Part shown: positions 36,971 through 51,550 of the stretch, piece after piece
Position numbering within the stretch: position 1 is the first letter of the stretch
Layout of the letters: each line of letters begins with the position of its first letter
Source of the DNA: Eledone cirrhosa
Taxonomy: Eukaryota
NCBI GenBank assembly: GCA_964016885.1
Contig: OZ024740.1
Coordinates: forward strand, 379,564,001 to 379,628,000
DNA: 64,000 nucleotides
Direction of reading: 5' to 3'
Notes under the pieces: generated by a model
Databases searched by the model: none
Seen by the model: only the letters and a program-made list of their open reading frames with translations
Told to the model about the DNA's origin: nothing
Program-made: the position numbers and the translations under genes

Positions 36971-39900
36971 GGTCTTTCTTCAATAGACAGTAGAAGATCC
37001 AATAATCATATTTACTATGCAAATCATCAATAATAATAATTGTTTCTGATTTAAGCACAAGATCAGCAATTTTTTGAGGGAGGGGGAAAGTCCATTAAAT
37101 CAACCTCAGTTCATTACTGGTATTTCATTTTATTGACCCCGTAAGGATGAAAGGCAAAGCTAACCTCGGCGGGATTTGAACTTAGAACATATAGGGCCAT
37201 AACTCTATATCACAAAGCAGGGTGTCCGATGCTCTACCAATACTGCCAACCTACGATGGATTCTCTGTCAGTTTCGATGATGAGTATTCAATTGTTCAGT
37301 CAACTGAACTTCCAACTCATGAATCAAGATGTATTCTTAAACAAATTCCCAAAATGAATCAGCATGACACAATATGTGACAACACTGGACATTTGAATTA
37401 CAGTTACGATCCATCCAATGGGATTCCACACAGTGTCTGTCAACCCAATTTCAATCATACAGGACCTCATGATTGTGAAATGAATTTCTTTTCCACTCAG
37501 CCATGCTATAGAAAGTAATTAGTTAAATCTTAATTGAATTGGATAACAAATCAATTCTCTATTATTTAAACAGTCTTTTCCATATATCTCTCATTTACTT
37601 ATTTTTAACTTTTAAATAAAGCCAATGTTTTTATAAATAAAAGAAGTAAAGAAAAAAAACCCTAACCCCCATCCCCAAATAAAAACAAAAATAATTATAC
37701 TAAATGCTTCAGCAAAGTACTTCTACAGTCTTCTATTAATAAAATTGGTGATTCTGGAACACTAGATCTATGTGATAACAAAAACCAAATGACTTGAGAC
37801 ACATAATTATTAAGTTTAGCTCAATGCTTTGATTGATGTGGCAAGTTCAAATATGCTCTGTTCAATTCTCTGCAGATTATAGTTTGAAGGCTCTTTTTTT
37901 TTTCTTAGAATATATCTTTTTTTTTCTTATCTCCTTATTGTGATAGGTTGTAGTTACCTGTCATTTTTATGTGTTTTTCTCCGTGTATTTATTTATTTTC
38001 TGTAAACTAGAGCTTATCTTTGGGGTTTCAAATAGTTATCAATCATTATCTTATGTGTTTTATATTGTAATTTATTTTTAACAAGGATTAACTGCATTAA
38101 GTCAATCATACAGTAAAGAAGGAATGATAAATTGAAGTAGTTAGTTGCTGTAAGACTTGATTGAGCACATGATTAAAGGCATTCCAGCCATGAGCACTAT
38201 GTCTTTTTTCATATATAAGCAGGGCACTTTATACAGTCTTGTCACCCCTCCCCCCTATTAATTTTCTGCTCTGCTACAATTGTTGTCCTATCCACTCAAT
38301 CAGCCTATCCGCTACATCTCACCATCTTCTCAACTGAATCTCCCCCATTTTCTCAAATTTTCTGCACTGCACATCCTACAATCTAGAGGTAGCTTGGGAC
38401 CTTTCAGGTTCCCTAGGCCCTCATCCCTCCCATATTATCTCCCTCACACTCTCCTTCCACCTTGTCAAGGTGACAATGATCTCTGTAGTAGTAGTAGTAG
38501 TAGTGTTGGTGCCATGACAACATGCACACAATGCTGCAGATGGTGTTAAGACAGGTATCTTGCTGTAGAAATTATAACAAAGATGAAATATGTGAACAAG
38601 ATGTGCTTGTCTTTCAAGTGACAGATCAGCAGTTTCTTTAATGAACTACTTAAAATGTTACAGTACTAGCCATTCCCATATAGAAAGGTATAAACAACTC
38701 TGAGTGATTTTTGACTTTTGAATAAATCATCTTCATTTATCATTGTCATTTTCACTATGACCATCTTGCATCTACTTTCCATGCTTGCATGGGTTGGATG
38801 AGTCTTTTTCAGTGCAGCATCCTACTACACATCAGGATGCTGTTCTGAAAAAGACCCATCCAACCTATGCAAGCATGGAAAAGCAGACGTGAAATGACAA
38901 TGATCATTATCCTTCTACAAAAGGGTTAGAGAAAACCAAAAGCTATTGTAAAGAATGTGATGCCAGTGAATTCAAAAGCCCAGTTTTCAATTGCTCAGAA
39001 CTACTACTAATAATAGAATATCAGCATCATCATTTTATGTCCTTTTTTCCCTGCTTGTAAGTGTGGGATAGGTCCTTTTCAGCACAGCATTTGTCATGGT
39101 CCTTTGTCATCTCCTCTGTGAGCTTCAGTGGTCTGAAGTTAGCTCTCACCACCTCTGCCCATGTTTTCTGTGGTCTTCCTCTACTGCGTCTTCCTTTCAC
39201 TGGGATTACTTGGCACATGTATAAAAATTAGAATTATTGAGATAAACAGTTCCCCAAACTGCCTCTGCAAAATTGGGAGAAGTGCATCCTACCTGAGGAA
39301 GTAGCCACATGAGGTGGAGTGGTTGATGCAGTGGGTGTTGCTGGTGTTCTCTGCAGCAAATCCTTTGCTTTTTCCTATGAACTGCAGCTGAGATATACCG
39401 CACAGTCAGGGCTGTAGGGTCTTCTGCCCCCTCCCACTTCCATTACATTTATTATTAAATCCTTTAATTTTTTTTTTATTTAAGATATGCAAACATTGAT
39501 GAATTGTAAATTTCTTTCTTATATTTTTAAATAAAGCTTGAATGTTTTTAAGTATTCATTAAAATTAAGGGAATTTTAAAGAGTTAAAAATGATTTCTCA
39601 TGTTAATCCTTTAGCATTTACATTACTCTATATTTACTATTGTATTTTCATGGTAAAAGCTTTATCTCACATAATATCTCACCTATGAGATTTTGATACT
39701 ATTTATTTTGAGTGACTAGTTATGTAGTTATGGTCGGTTTGAACAGAAAGAGATGAGAGAATTCTGGCTGGATACGTCCGGTTTAAATGATAAAGGGTTA
39801 AAGATAGATGCTTTAATGACTCATTTGTCACTTTAGCCAGGATAAATAAATGTTGTTTGACCATTAGATAATGTTTTAATATCAGTTATTTAAATGTGAA

Positions 39901-40018
39901 ATGGTAGTGGTGTTTACCTTTCTAGAATTAAGTTAATTAGAGCAATATAGAAATACAGGTTGCCTAAAAAGACAGTATGATCTCAATATTCTATCAATAT
40001 AACTATTCATCCACGGTA

Positions 40019-40235
40019 TTTAACCCTTTAGCATTTGCATTACTCTATATTTACTATTGTATTTTTGTGGTAAAGGCTTTACCTCACATAATATCGAATC
40101 AATGAGATTTTGATATTATTTATTTTGAGAACAATACCTTAACAGCAGTATGAGCGGCCGGTTATGACCAGTTTGAACAAAAAGAGGTGAGAGAATTGTG
40201 GCTGGATATGGCCAGTTTAAATTGCAGAGGGTTAA
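40019..40235. mobile_element. piggyBac-type TTAA MITE, intact copy (another at about 39603-39801)
   Basis: TTAACCCTTTAGCATTT...AAATTGCAGAGGGTTAA. Confidence 0.85.
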
Positions 40236-40768
40236 GGTGCTTTTGGCTAAAACAAAAAAAAAATGATTGCAAGGCAACTAATAAGGCTGGAATTGGAAAG
40301 GACATCCACCACAAACCATTTCTCCCAAAAGGAGCATGACAGCATGGAAAAACAGTCATTAAAACGATGTTGATGATAATGATTGGCTCAAGGTCATGAA
40401 TCTATTTGTCAGCAATGTAGTTGATCTAATTGACTACAGCTATCTTCTACAGACTCTACTATAAGGGGTAAGTTATCAGCATACAGGAGTACTCATGGTC
40501 AGCTAGTTTTTAACTCCACTGTCATGACTTGTAGGACAGTGATTAACAGAAGAGGGTTAAGGCCTGAACCCTTGTGGCTCCCTAGTTGCATGCTAATTGC
40601 CAACTCTCTCTTTGCTGGTTGCACCTCTGTACATAACTTGTATGTCTTTCACATGCTGTTTGTCTACACATCATTTCCTTAGCAACCACCAGATTACAGT
40701 GTGGGGGACTCTGTTAATGACTTGTAGTCTGTCAAAGTCTTAGTTAATAGTTAATCCTTTCATTACCA

Positions 40769-41294
40769 TCTAAACTATAATAAAGGAAGGTCTGCGAAAC
40801 TGCGTACAGTTTTTTTTTTTTATCTTGTTAGTAAAATAAGTTGGATTACTTTGAATAAATAATGAATGAATATTACATAATTTATCTACTAAATTTCGTA
40901 AACAAAAATAATTTAAAATTGACTTCTTTTCAAAGTTGCACTTCCGGTATATCGTTGCACTACCACCACTTCAACTACCATATATAGAAAGAGAGAGAGT
41001 GTGTGATGTCAACACTTTCGGTGGCGATCACTTAAATAAACATACTAATTTTCTGTCACTAATTTTCTCCTAATGTAGTTTATATATAATATCGTCTTTT
41101 TTTAATGTATCATGGATTACGTAACTGATTACATAAGACAGTGTAAGAACGTCTTCGTTCAATTTCGGTTTATATTGTCAATTACGATTTTATTTGATGT
41201 ATCATATCTACATGTATATATACTTGCGTATAATATCAATATACACACTACACATGTTAGCAGAAAACCACCCAAAGGGTGGTTTTTCTGCTAG
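40769..41294 (+). mobile_element. Non-autonomous Helitron
   Basis: 5' A|TC, 3' hairpin GCAGAAAACCACCC-AAA-GGGTGGTTTTTCTGC ending CTAG|T. Removing it restores the MITE sequence 'cctttcattacca|tattt'. Confidence 0.8.
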
Positions 41295-41399
41295 TATTTA
41301 TAATGAAATACACTGTATTTGAATTAATTATGAAGAATCTGGAGGGATTTACGAAAATAATTATTTCATTATTAAGATGGTATTTTAATATCACATGGA

Positions 41400-41680
41400 A
41401 GGGCCTGGCCTAGTAATAAGGGTGTTGGAATTACAACCATACTATTGTAGGTTCTATTCCTGGACTGGGTCATATGTTGTGTTCTTGAGTAAAGCACTTC
41501 ATTTCATGTTGTTCTAGTATACTCAACTGAAAATAAGTACCAGCAATAGCTGGGGTTTAACTCTGCAATGGACTGGTGTCCTGTATGTGGGGGGGGGGGG
41601 GGGGGTATTGTACTCTCAGTCGCTTTAACGCCATGGGAACCAGGATAAGCACTGGCCTGATGAACCTCCGTACTTAAGAG
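41400..41680 (+). mobile_element. tRNA-SINE of a second family
   Basis: A/B-box-like head, then 'gttcttgagtaaagcacttcatttca'. Related to 60726-60945 and 7540-7695. Confidence 0.7.
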
Positions 41681-43071
41681 GGACTTTAGACTAGAGAGTT
41701 GTAATATAATTTAACAAAATGTTCTTGTGTCCAATTATATTGGAATATTTTAATTTACCTAGGAACCATTTAAAATGTGTTGTTTTCTTTTCTAGATCCA
41801 GGGGGTTTGAGGTGGATTCATATTAAAAGGATTAATAAATTTTGTTTAGCAAAACTATATTGGTCTGGTTGATGACTTGTAATATATTTAAAAAAAAGAT
41901 ATCAGCTGTGTTTTATCTATAAATATTCTGTATTAGAAACCTTTTAGAATAGTTTCCTCAAATCAACACTATTTTTTCCAACAAATTAAAATAACAAATA
42001 TCTTAACAAAACATGAAAATATTTGATGTTTTTAATCCCTTTGATACCAAAGTTGTTTTTTTTTTAAATGTTTACATTGAAAACCTTTCCGTCACAAATC
42101 TATGTAAGAATCTTTGTTGAGTTATGCTTTAGTTACCAGTTTATTATGAGAATATTACTAAATCCTACCAATTCTTGATTATTTTCAAAATCATAGGTAT
42201 GAAAACATAAGGAAAAGGTTAGATAATGGAATAAAAAAAATTATAAACAATTCCATGGCTAAGAATTTGTAATTTTTAGCCATGGAATTGATTGAAAACA
42301 ATAAAAGCCATGAAAAACAAAATTTGTTTATGCTCTTAATATGGTGTATGCCTAATGGTATTTGTGAGTGAAAAGTACCAGTAATTGACTGGGATTATTT
42401 GCAAGCAAACAGCCTCATAAACACAATGTGTGTTTTCTAGATGACCAACATCATCCTTTTGTTCCAGCGGTAGCTGAAAGAAAACAGTTGACAATTGTTT
42501 TGGAGTTTTTGCTCCTTATCGAGACTGTGTATTCTTGTCGCTGCTAGCCACTGGAAATGCTGAGAATACATAGTATTCTCAAATGTATACATCGGCTGAT
42601 TAGCCTAATTTGAATACCAAGCAATTTTACGGCCAGGTTGACTCATACCTACACCCTCACTCACCACTTTCCTAAACTAGCAGCACAGCCAAAAATGAAA
42701 TCACATGAAGAACTTCTCATGCATCAGAGACTATAAAAGAAATAAGTACTGTGTTGAAACTTTATGTAGATAGAAACTTACCAGTCACTGTCAAACTTAA
42801 TGATATATTATTATCTAACTTTATATTTTGTATGGAGTTCTTATCAGGTTGTTTTACAGAGTCTGCCAACAAAATGTATACAACCTTCAGGGAAAGAAAA
42901 ATTTGTATAAATATTTTAATACTAATTTACTACAGTACACAGTGTTATTGTAATTTGATCAAACTTCAAAAGGGGTATTTATATTTATAGAGGTATTTAA
43001 ACAAGTTGAATATTTTTACAAGTTTTTCTTTTCCTGAAGTGTGTATACAATATTTTGGTGGACTCTGTGTG

Positions 43072-43133
<62 letters not shown>

Positions 43134-43994
43134 CACACATACACACACATACATATATTGGCATATATATATCATCATCATTGTTTTTATGTCTGCTTAT
43201 TGTATTTATTTTGAATAAACCTTGGTAAGACTGCTAATATTCCATATAAAATATTTTCTAAACTCTATCTCCAAGATTAACCTTTTTCATCAGACATTAC
43301 TTTAGCTGTGAATTATTTTTCCATGCTGTCATGGCTTGAACAAGACTTTTCTGGAGGCAGTATTTTCAGCCAGATGCCTTTCTTGGCACCAACTCATGCT
43401 TTATATTTAAGTATGATACTTTTTCCATTTATCTGAACAATATCAGTTGTTTAAGTTTCGTCAGCTCAAAGACATGCCTGGAAACAAACACACATACACA
43501 CATACATTGGGACATTGAGATTCCACAGTTTCCATTTATTAAATTTTAGTTACAACACTCTCCTCTGCCAGTAGCTATAGAAGAAGACACTTGCCCAAGG
43601 CCTGATGCTATGAGATCAAACCTGAATCAAACTTCTTGACGATACAAATATGCCTGTGTTTTTTTAATTTATAAAACTATTTTACTAACACTTACACAAA
43701 TGCAAACCAATACGTAAAACGTTAAAAATATGTGTGTGTATATATATATGTATATGGCCAACTGAATATGCACATGTATGTTTTTTTCTTCCAAATTTTT
43801 TCTCATTTTCCCCATTCCTTCCTCTCACCACTCTTTACTTTCTATTTATTTTCTATTTCTAACCCTATCTTCTGATGAAAGACTAGTGTCTAAAACGTTA
43901 TGACTCTCTTCCTGCTATTTCAAGTGTTAAACTAAATATTTCTTCTGTGTACTGTGCCGTTTCTTTTGTTATTATTGTTATTACTTTTACATAC

Positions 43995-44050
<56 letters not shown>

Positions 44051-44526
44051 TTGTGCATGTGCAAACATCCACAGATGGAAAGAAAGAAATGTATGCCATA
44101 TATTTCAGAGTATACACAACTCAGCCGCTTAGCTAATAATAAATTCAAGAATTACTTCCTAATATATAAATAAAATGAAAACTGTATCTTGCTTTCATTC
44201 CCCACACCTCATAGTTTAACATCTGTATTATAAATTGGTTGTAGGCATGAAATTCTTCTGATAATAACCATTTACTAAAGGGGACTAGATGCTTAATGGA
44301 AAGATTTAGAAGAAAATTGTTTTGGTGGATTGGGACTGAGTAAGTAGGAGATGTAGAGAAGAATTTGTTTACTGGCTTATGTCAGCTGACAAACGAAATA
44401 AAATTTAATAATATTCAGTTTGGCATTGGAATTTTTCAATTAGTATTTGTTGTATGTTTTATGTTGTTTGCTGGAAACCACTTGTAGATTATACTTTTTA
44501 TATCTTAGCTATTTAGATATATTAGA

Positions 44527-44597
<71 letters not shown>

Positions 44598-46373
44598 GTG
44601 TGTGTGTGTGTGTGTGTAAATAACTATGTGTCTACTCTGGGATTTTACATAACATTACCTATTGAGTACGCTAAGATGCATCTGGTACTAGCAGTGAAAC
44701 CCATGCTAGTCCCGTCAACTTTTATATATATCTATATATGTGAGTCCTGGGTTCAATCTGGGGTAACCACCATAAGTAAGGTACTCAATACATTAGTAAA
44801 GTGTTTACAACACATTTCATATAGAAATGGCTTCTATAGCACTAGAACTGTTTCGTTTGAAGGAAATCATATATATAAATGCATACATATAAATGTGCAT
44901 ACATATAAATGTGAATACATATATATTTCTGTGTGTATATATATTTATATATGTATGTATGTGTGTCCTTGACTATCGTTACATCTGTGTTTGTGTTTAT
45001 ATCCTGTTACTTAGAAGTTCAACAAAAAAGTGATCGCTGAAATAAGTACCAAACTTTAAAAAAATATGTACTGGGGTTGATATGATCATCTAAATTAAGG
45101 CTGTGACCCAGAAAGGCCACAGTCTGATGAGTGAAACTACTAAAAAATAAATATATTTAAGAATTCTGTCATATCTGTTGATTTTGAAGTAAAATCATAA
45201 AAGTGTTCCATAAGTAAATAAAAAAAACTCAAACAAAAAAAATAAAAATCAGAACTGTGACATTAGACTACTACAGTTTTTATACAACAGAATTAAAGAA
45301 ATCAGAGATCATCTGAAAGTGACATACATAGAGACAAACATAAACAAACATATATACAGACACATATATGTACATATATATAGCTACTTCTGTGCAGCTT
45401 TCATCTACTCAATTTCACTCGTTAAGCACCTGTCAAGTGAAAATTAGAGGAATTGAATATAGCTTGCAAGAGTGATGATTGTCCTGGTATGATCATGTGA
45501 TGCATAAGGGGGAGTGAGAAGTCTATAAAAGGGTACTAAGTGCTCCAAGTGCATGAAACTTGTTGAAGAGGGGAACCAAGGAAGATGTGAACAGTGGTTT
45601 GAAAAATGATGCCAAGAAACATAACCTCATGAAGGAGAAGATACAGGACTAAGCTAACTGGTAATATGACAATACTACAACCTTACTGCCAGTACAAGCA
45701 CTGTGGCTTTGTAAAAAACATGGTGACAGACTGGATCAGAGACAATATAAAGTTTGAAAGGACTCTTCAGTCTGCATGAACATCAACAGGCTCTGGAGTG
45801 CTGTTGCCACAATAAAATGCACTCATTACACTCTGTAAAGTGGTAATGCTGGTTCCACAATGACATTAAACTGTCACACTGCCTCTACCCTCCCATTATG
45901 TAGTGAGGGCTCTTCAGTTGAGTGAATGACCAACAACGTCCCTAATGTTGATAAAATGCATCACTACACCCTCTAAAGTGGTTGGTGATAGGAAAGGTAA
46001 CCAGCTGTAGAAACTATACTGAAAAGGTTGAGAGGATTCCTCAGTTGTGCCAAAGGTAGAACAACCTCTCTAGTGTTGATAGTTCAATAAAATGTACCCT
46101 AAACACCCAGTAATGTGGTTGGTGATAGGAAGGGCATCTAGCCATAGAAAACATGCTAAACAAAGAGCAGAGAAGACATTACCATGATAAAATGGTGCCA
46201 TGAAAAAAGAATGTATGTAAGCAAGAAGACATGGCTCATCTGAGAGATCAGTACTTCTGATTAAGTTCTAACTTGGTGTATGATGACCTATTCATCGTAT
46301 GCAAGCAGGGAATACAGATGTTAAATGATGATACGATGGACACATACTATTAATTTATATTGCAAATACACCC

Positions 46374-46585
<212 letters not shown>

Positions 46586-49500
46586 TGCTCATGCATACAT
46601 TGATATTGCTAGGTAGATAAAGTATTAAGTGTATGGATAGAACAGTAAATACAACATTGTATTTTTTGGTTCTCTATTTGTTTTAAAGTGCTACTAAAAT
46701 TGGCATTTGGCATTGTCTATCATTACATACAACCAATATACAAGACTTCTAACAAAATGCCTAGTTATCTGTTTTCTTAAATGATGGAGCTTGTTAGCAA
46801 GTCACATGCTTGCATCTTCTATCTTGTCTTCCCACACTCTACTTAATTGTTAAGCCTGTATGTGCACATAACTCTAATCTCACAAGTTTATGTGGCCATA
46901 ACATTCTTCCACAGACCATTTCAGTAATTGACATATAAATAGTTGGTATTAGTGTATGCTGCAAGAACTTGACTCCTTTGTTCTTCTAGATGTGGCTTTC
47001 AATAAAATTGCTTCTACTTAATACCATTGAAGATAATACATATATATTCATTGAATAAGAATTTTAAAACCACAATTCAAACAAACTGATAATGCATACA
47101 GTATTATAATGATTGAGTGCGTATTTATAGAAATTTTCTCTATATTATTTATGTGCAAGTTCTTCACTCAGTTTATTGCATTTCCCTTTCTTCTTCTCCT
47201 TTCTTCTTCTTCTTTCTTCTTCTTCTTCCTTCTTTCTTCCTCCTCCTTTTACTCCCATGCTTGCATGTATTGGACAGATCTGTTCAGCTTGCCTCCACTC
47301 ACTGTGTTCCTTTGTCATCTCCTCTGTGAGATTCAATGTTTTGACATTGGCTCCCACTACTTCTACCCATGTTTTCTTTGTGCCTTCCCCTAATGTCCCT
47401 TCCTTTCACTTGGAACTCCTGGCACTTCTTTACCCAATGATGAGCATCCATACTAGTGCACCCTTTTCTCTTGCACACTTCATTTGAATCCTCGTATACC
47501 CAGTTTTTCTCTCAGCTGATATATGCTTCATCATTCATGCATCCATTGATGCATGCTCACTTCTACATTTACTGAAAGAGCTGGAACAAATACCACAAAG
47601 CATTATTTGTGCAACACTAATGATTCTGCTATGATAACTTAATTTATGTTAATTATTTTGATAATGTATGGTTTCAATGATTATTATGGCAACATAAATC
47701 AGAGTTCAGGCACATCATGGTCATTGCCATAATTCAATGTCAGTTTTCCCTGCTAGCAGGGGCAGGACAGCCTAGCACAAACCAAGTCAGTATTTAATCA
47801 CACCTCACACCTACTGATATATGAGATAGCTGATATATGAGATAGCACGTGGGCCTGCATCTTGCTTATATACATTCCATCACTCAGCTGAGTTCTCAGA
47901 CAAGCCAGGACACTGCATCTTATTTACATTGGTTCCTGTGCTCTACCAAGTGCATTTTATCATATCACCAGCACGAGGAATGTTATGATTTATCTATGAA
48001 ATAGCTGATTAAACTATTGTGGTGTAAGAATATTTATCAGATGATTTTCATTGAATTGCATCTGCTTTTCAATGTTGGTGTGGGCTGGTTTTTGTTTTTT
48101 TCATCCTTCTGGAGTTCACTGAAATGAATCACTAAACAAAGTACAAGTTTTGATTTAATTGACTATACCCACACTCAAAATCTTGTAGTCTTATGCTTAT
48201 GAACCAATAAAGGACCCTTTATGTGATAAGTCGATCTGTTTTAAATAGTAGCTAAATCTCCCTCTAATTACACCTTACTATCTTTAATTTCTTATTGAAG
48301 GACCACAGTCTGAAATATTGAAATATTGAATTTACTCTCCATTTCGTCCTTTCAGCAGAAAACTAAAAACTTTATACTGTGTATGTTTATTTTATTTCGT
48401 TTTGTTCCAGAGACCTTTTTTCATTCATTCAACTAACTCTATGCTATTTCTTTGAATTTGTAGCTTTAAGCAATCGTTAGAGAATTGGATAAATGCTTAG
48501 TAATATTTTTTTCAGCATTTTACATTCAAATCCCACTTACCCTTTCATCCTTTAGGGGCTTTCTCTAAATTGCTGGCTTTGTGCCAAAATTAGAAACTAT
48601 CACAGCATTCTGGCAAGGATCATATTCTAATTTTCAGACAAAGTATCTAGTGATACATCATCCAATGTATCCTTTGTTTCACTCTTTTATTACTATATTT
48701 CTAATGAAAAATACTATCTGTATTTTGAAAATCTGGTGTTTGGAACAATTTAACAAAGGTTCTTGTATAACATTATGATGGAAGGGTTTTAGATAAATAT
48801 GAGCTACCTTAAATTAAACAGCTTCGTATTGTAGAACCAGGACAACTTTGTTAATTGTCCTTTCAGATTTGATAAAAAAAAGTACCAGTATTGGTTTAGA
48901 TTCTTCTTCTATATCTCTTCTCATTTCCTCGCCCTCACTCTCTTCTTCTGTGGAGGAAATTGGCTGTGTTCCAGTATGGTGAAAGAATGAGCACTGCCAG
49001 GTGTAAATTTCCCAAGGCATGCTGTATGTCACAACAGTATCAAAAGCTAAGGTATAATTTGAGAAGAATTTTACTGCTGTTTGTAGCAGGTTGAGCCATC
49101 ATGTAAAGCCTCCTTCATTGGCTCATATAGTTATAGACATAATTCTTTCAAAATCACTCAAGATCTAATGCTTGTAATGCACATATTACTTTGTCTTAAT
49201 TGAACATCTTGCAGTAAATTCCATTCTCAATATACACAAACACTATTCAATCAAGTTTTACCTGTCTTTGCTAAATCAATCAACAGGTAATTAATGCAAG
49301 TTCTCTCACTTACTCTGTTCAATAATGGACTCTCCTAAGTAATTATCTTTGTAGATGTCTATTTGGATCACCTCTACTCTCTTGCAGAACACACACAAAC
49401 CACACTCACATACACACACAAACCATACAGGCATACATACATAAGCTACACAGAGATAAACACACTCAAACCATACAGGCATACATACATAAGCTACACT

Positions 49501-51129
49501 GACATACACACACAAACTACGCATACATACACACACAAACCATACAGAAATACTCACAAATCACATACACACACACACAAACATACTCACAACACATAAA
49601 AAAACCATACACCCACACACGATACAAAAACCACACACACAATGATACACACATATACACCATACACACAAAAAACACACACACTGCCTCCTTTTCACTC
49701 AAAGAGGCAATAAAAATACTGGTTTCCAGAAGCAATATTATGATAAAAAGAAAATAAATGATAAGGAAACTTTTTGTGGTTGTTTTTACTTTAGCTTGTT
49801 TGCTGAGATTTATTAGGTTTATCATCACCATCATCATCATTAAGCCAGGGTTGGGCTTTTTAGTAAATCATACATGTGTGTATGTATGTACTTCTAGTTT
49901 TTTTTTCTTTTTTTTTTTTCTCACCAATAGAGCTGGGTTTCGGGGTTTCTAACACAGAATCAAGCTCTCTCATTGGAATTTAGATACCACTTAGGTAATT
50001 ATGTCTGTATGTCTGTTTACATATGTTTATATGTGCAGGTATGGATGTCATTGCATTTGTAGATCTGTATCTTGAATTATATGTGTACAGATATACATAT
50101 GTTTCTATAGCATTTATCACAAGCTAAACATCTTGAGTGTTTTACACATTTTTATAGTTCTGTTAACAGGTTGTACTTGTAATTTCCTAATTAACTGAGC
50201 TTTTCCTGGTTCTGTGAAGCCCTGCTCCTCAAGATTTGTGCTAGGGCAGTTAGTAACATATCCAAGTGTCCGAATGATGTTGATGATGACTATCATCATC
50301 ACCGTTTAACATCCATTTTCCATGCTGGCATGGGTTAGACAAGTTATCTTGTGAGCAATGCCAGGTCAGATGACCATGTCTTGTCCCTTCAGAACCGATT
50401 CTGGCTTGGTTTCTACAGCCAACCTAGCGCCAACCTCATTTACAGTGAGTACTGGGTGCTTTATGTTGTGACGCCTACTTGACCACTTTACAGTGTGGAC
50501 TGGGTGTTTTTTGCCATGACACCTACACAACTACTTTACAGTGTGAGCTGGGTGCTTTTTGCCATGTCACTATCACGCCCACTTTACAGTGTGGGTTGAA
50601 GGCTTCACTGGATGTATATTAAAGCTTGTCCTCATGAGAGATGTATGGGAATGGGTGGAGTGGGGGTACAGATACAAATCTAAAACTATCCTCAGGATGG
50701 CATATCTACAGGTTCCTCACATGTATGTGTATATGTACATGCGACCATATGTGTGGTATGTTTATAACTTGATGGAAGAATGATTTATAATTGTTATGAC
50801 AGAGATAGTGGTATTGGATGTTGAAATTTTGTTTAGTCCCAGGTGAGCTGTCATTAAAACTTTCTACTCTCTTTTATTTTTGTTTATCTCAATCTACATT
50901 ATCCAATATGTCCTGTTTTTTTAAATTTTTTATTTTTTAAGCTGGTAGGGTTTGATTTGAGGGAGATTTGACCCTCCAAACTCATGGCTATTGTTTAGCC
51001 GAAGTTATGGTCAATGGTAATGGTTGTTGTTGATGGTAGTGGTGTAGGCTCCTATAGCATAGTAGTGATTTTTAAAATGGTGGAGGTCATGGTCAATAGT
51101 GATGACGGTGGTTGTTGTTGTTGGTGGTG

Positions 51130-51550
51130 GTGGTAATAACATTAGTGTGGTTGTTCCTGGCATTAGTGGTGATTGTGTGGTTGTTGTTGGCATTGGTGAT
51201 GGTTGTTGTTAGTGTGGTTGATGCTGGCATTGGTGGTAGTGGTTGTTAGTGTGGTTGATGCTGGCATTGGTGATGGTGGTGATTGTTAGTGTGGGTGGTG
51301 GTGGCAGTGGTGGTCGTTAGTGTTGTTGATGCTGGCATTGGTAGTGGTGATTGTTTGTTAGTGTGGTTGTTGTTGGCATTGGTGGTGGTGGTTGTTAGTG
51401 TGGTTGATGTTGGCATTGGTGGTGGTGGTTGTTAGTGTGGTTGATGTTGGCATTAGTGGTGGTGGTGAGTGTGGTCAATGCTGGTATTGGTGGTGGTGAC
51501 TGTTAGTGTGGTTGTTGCTGGCACTGGTGGTGGTAGTGGTGTTGGTGGCT
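51130..51550. repeat. ~33-36-bp GT-rich degenerate minisatellite
   Basis: 'gttagtgtggttgatgctggcattggtggtggtg' units. Confidence 0.9.

Noticed and set aside
50117-50270. Short R2/NeSL-like C-terminal fragment
   Set aside because: Only a vague resemblance over about 45 aa; too weak to annotate.
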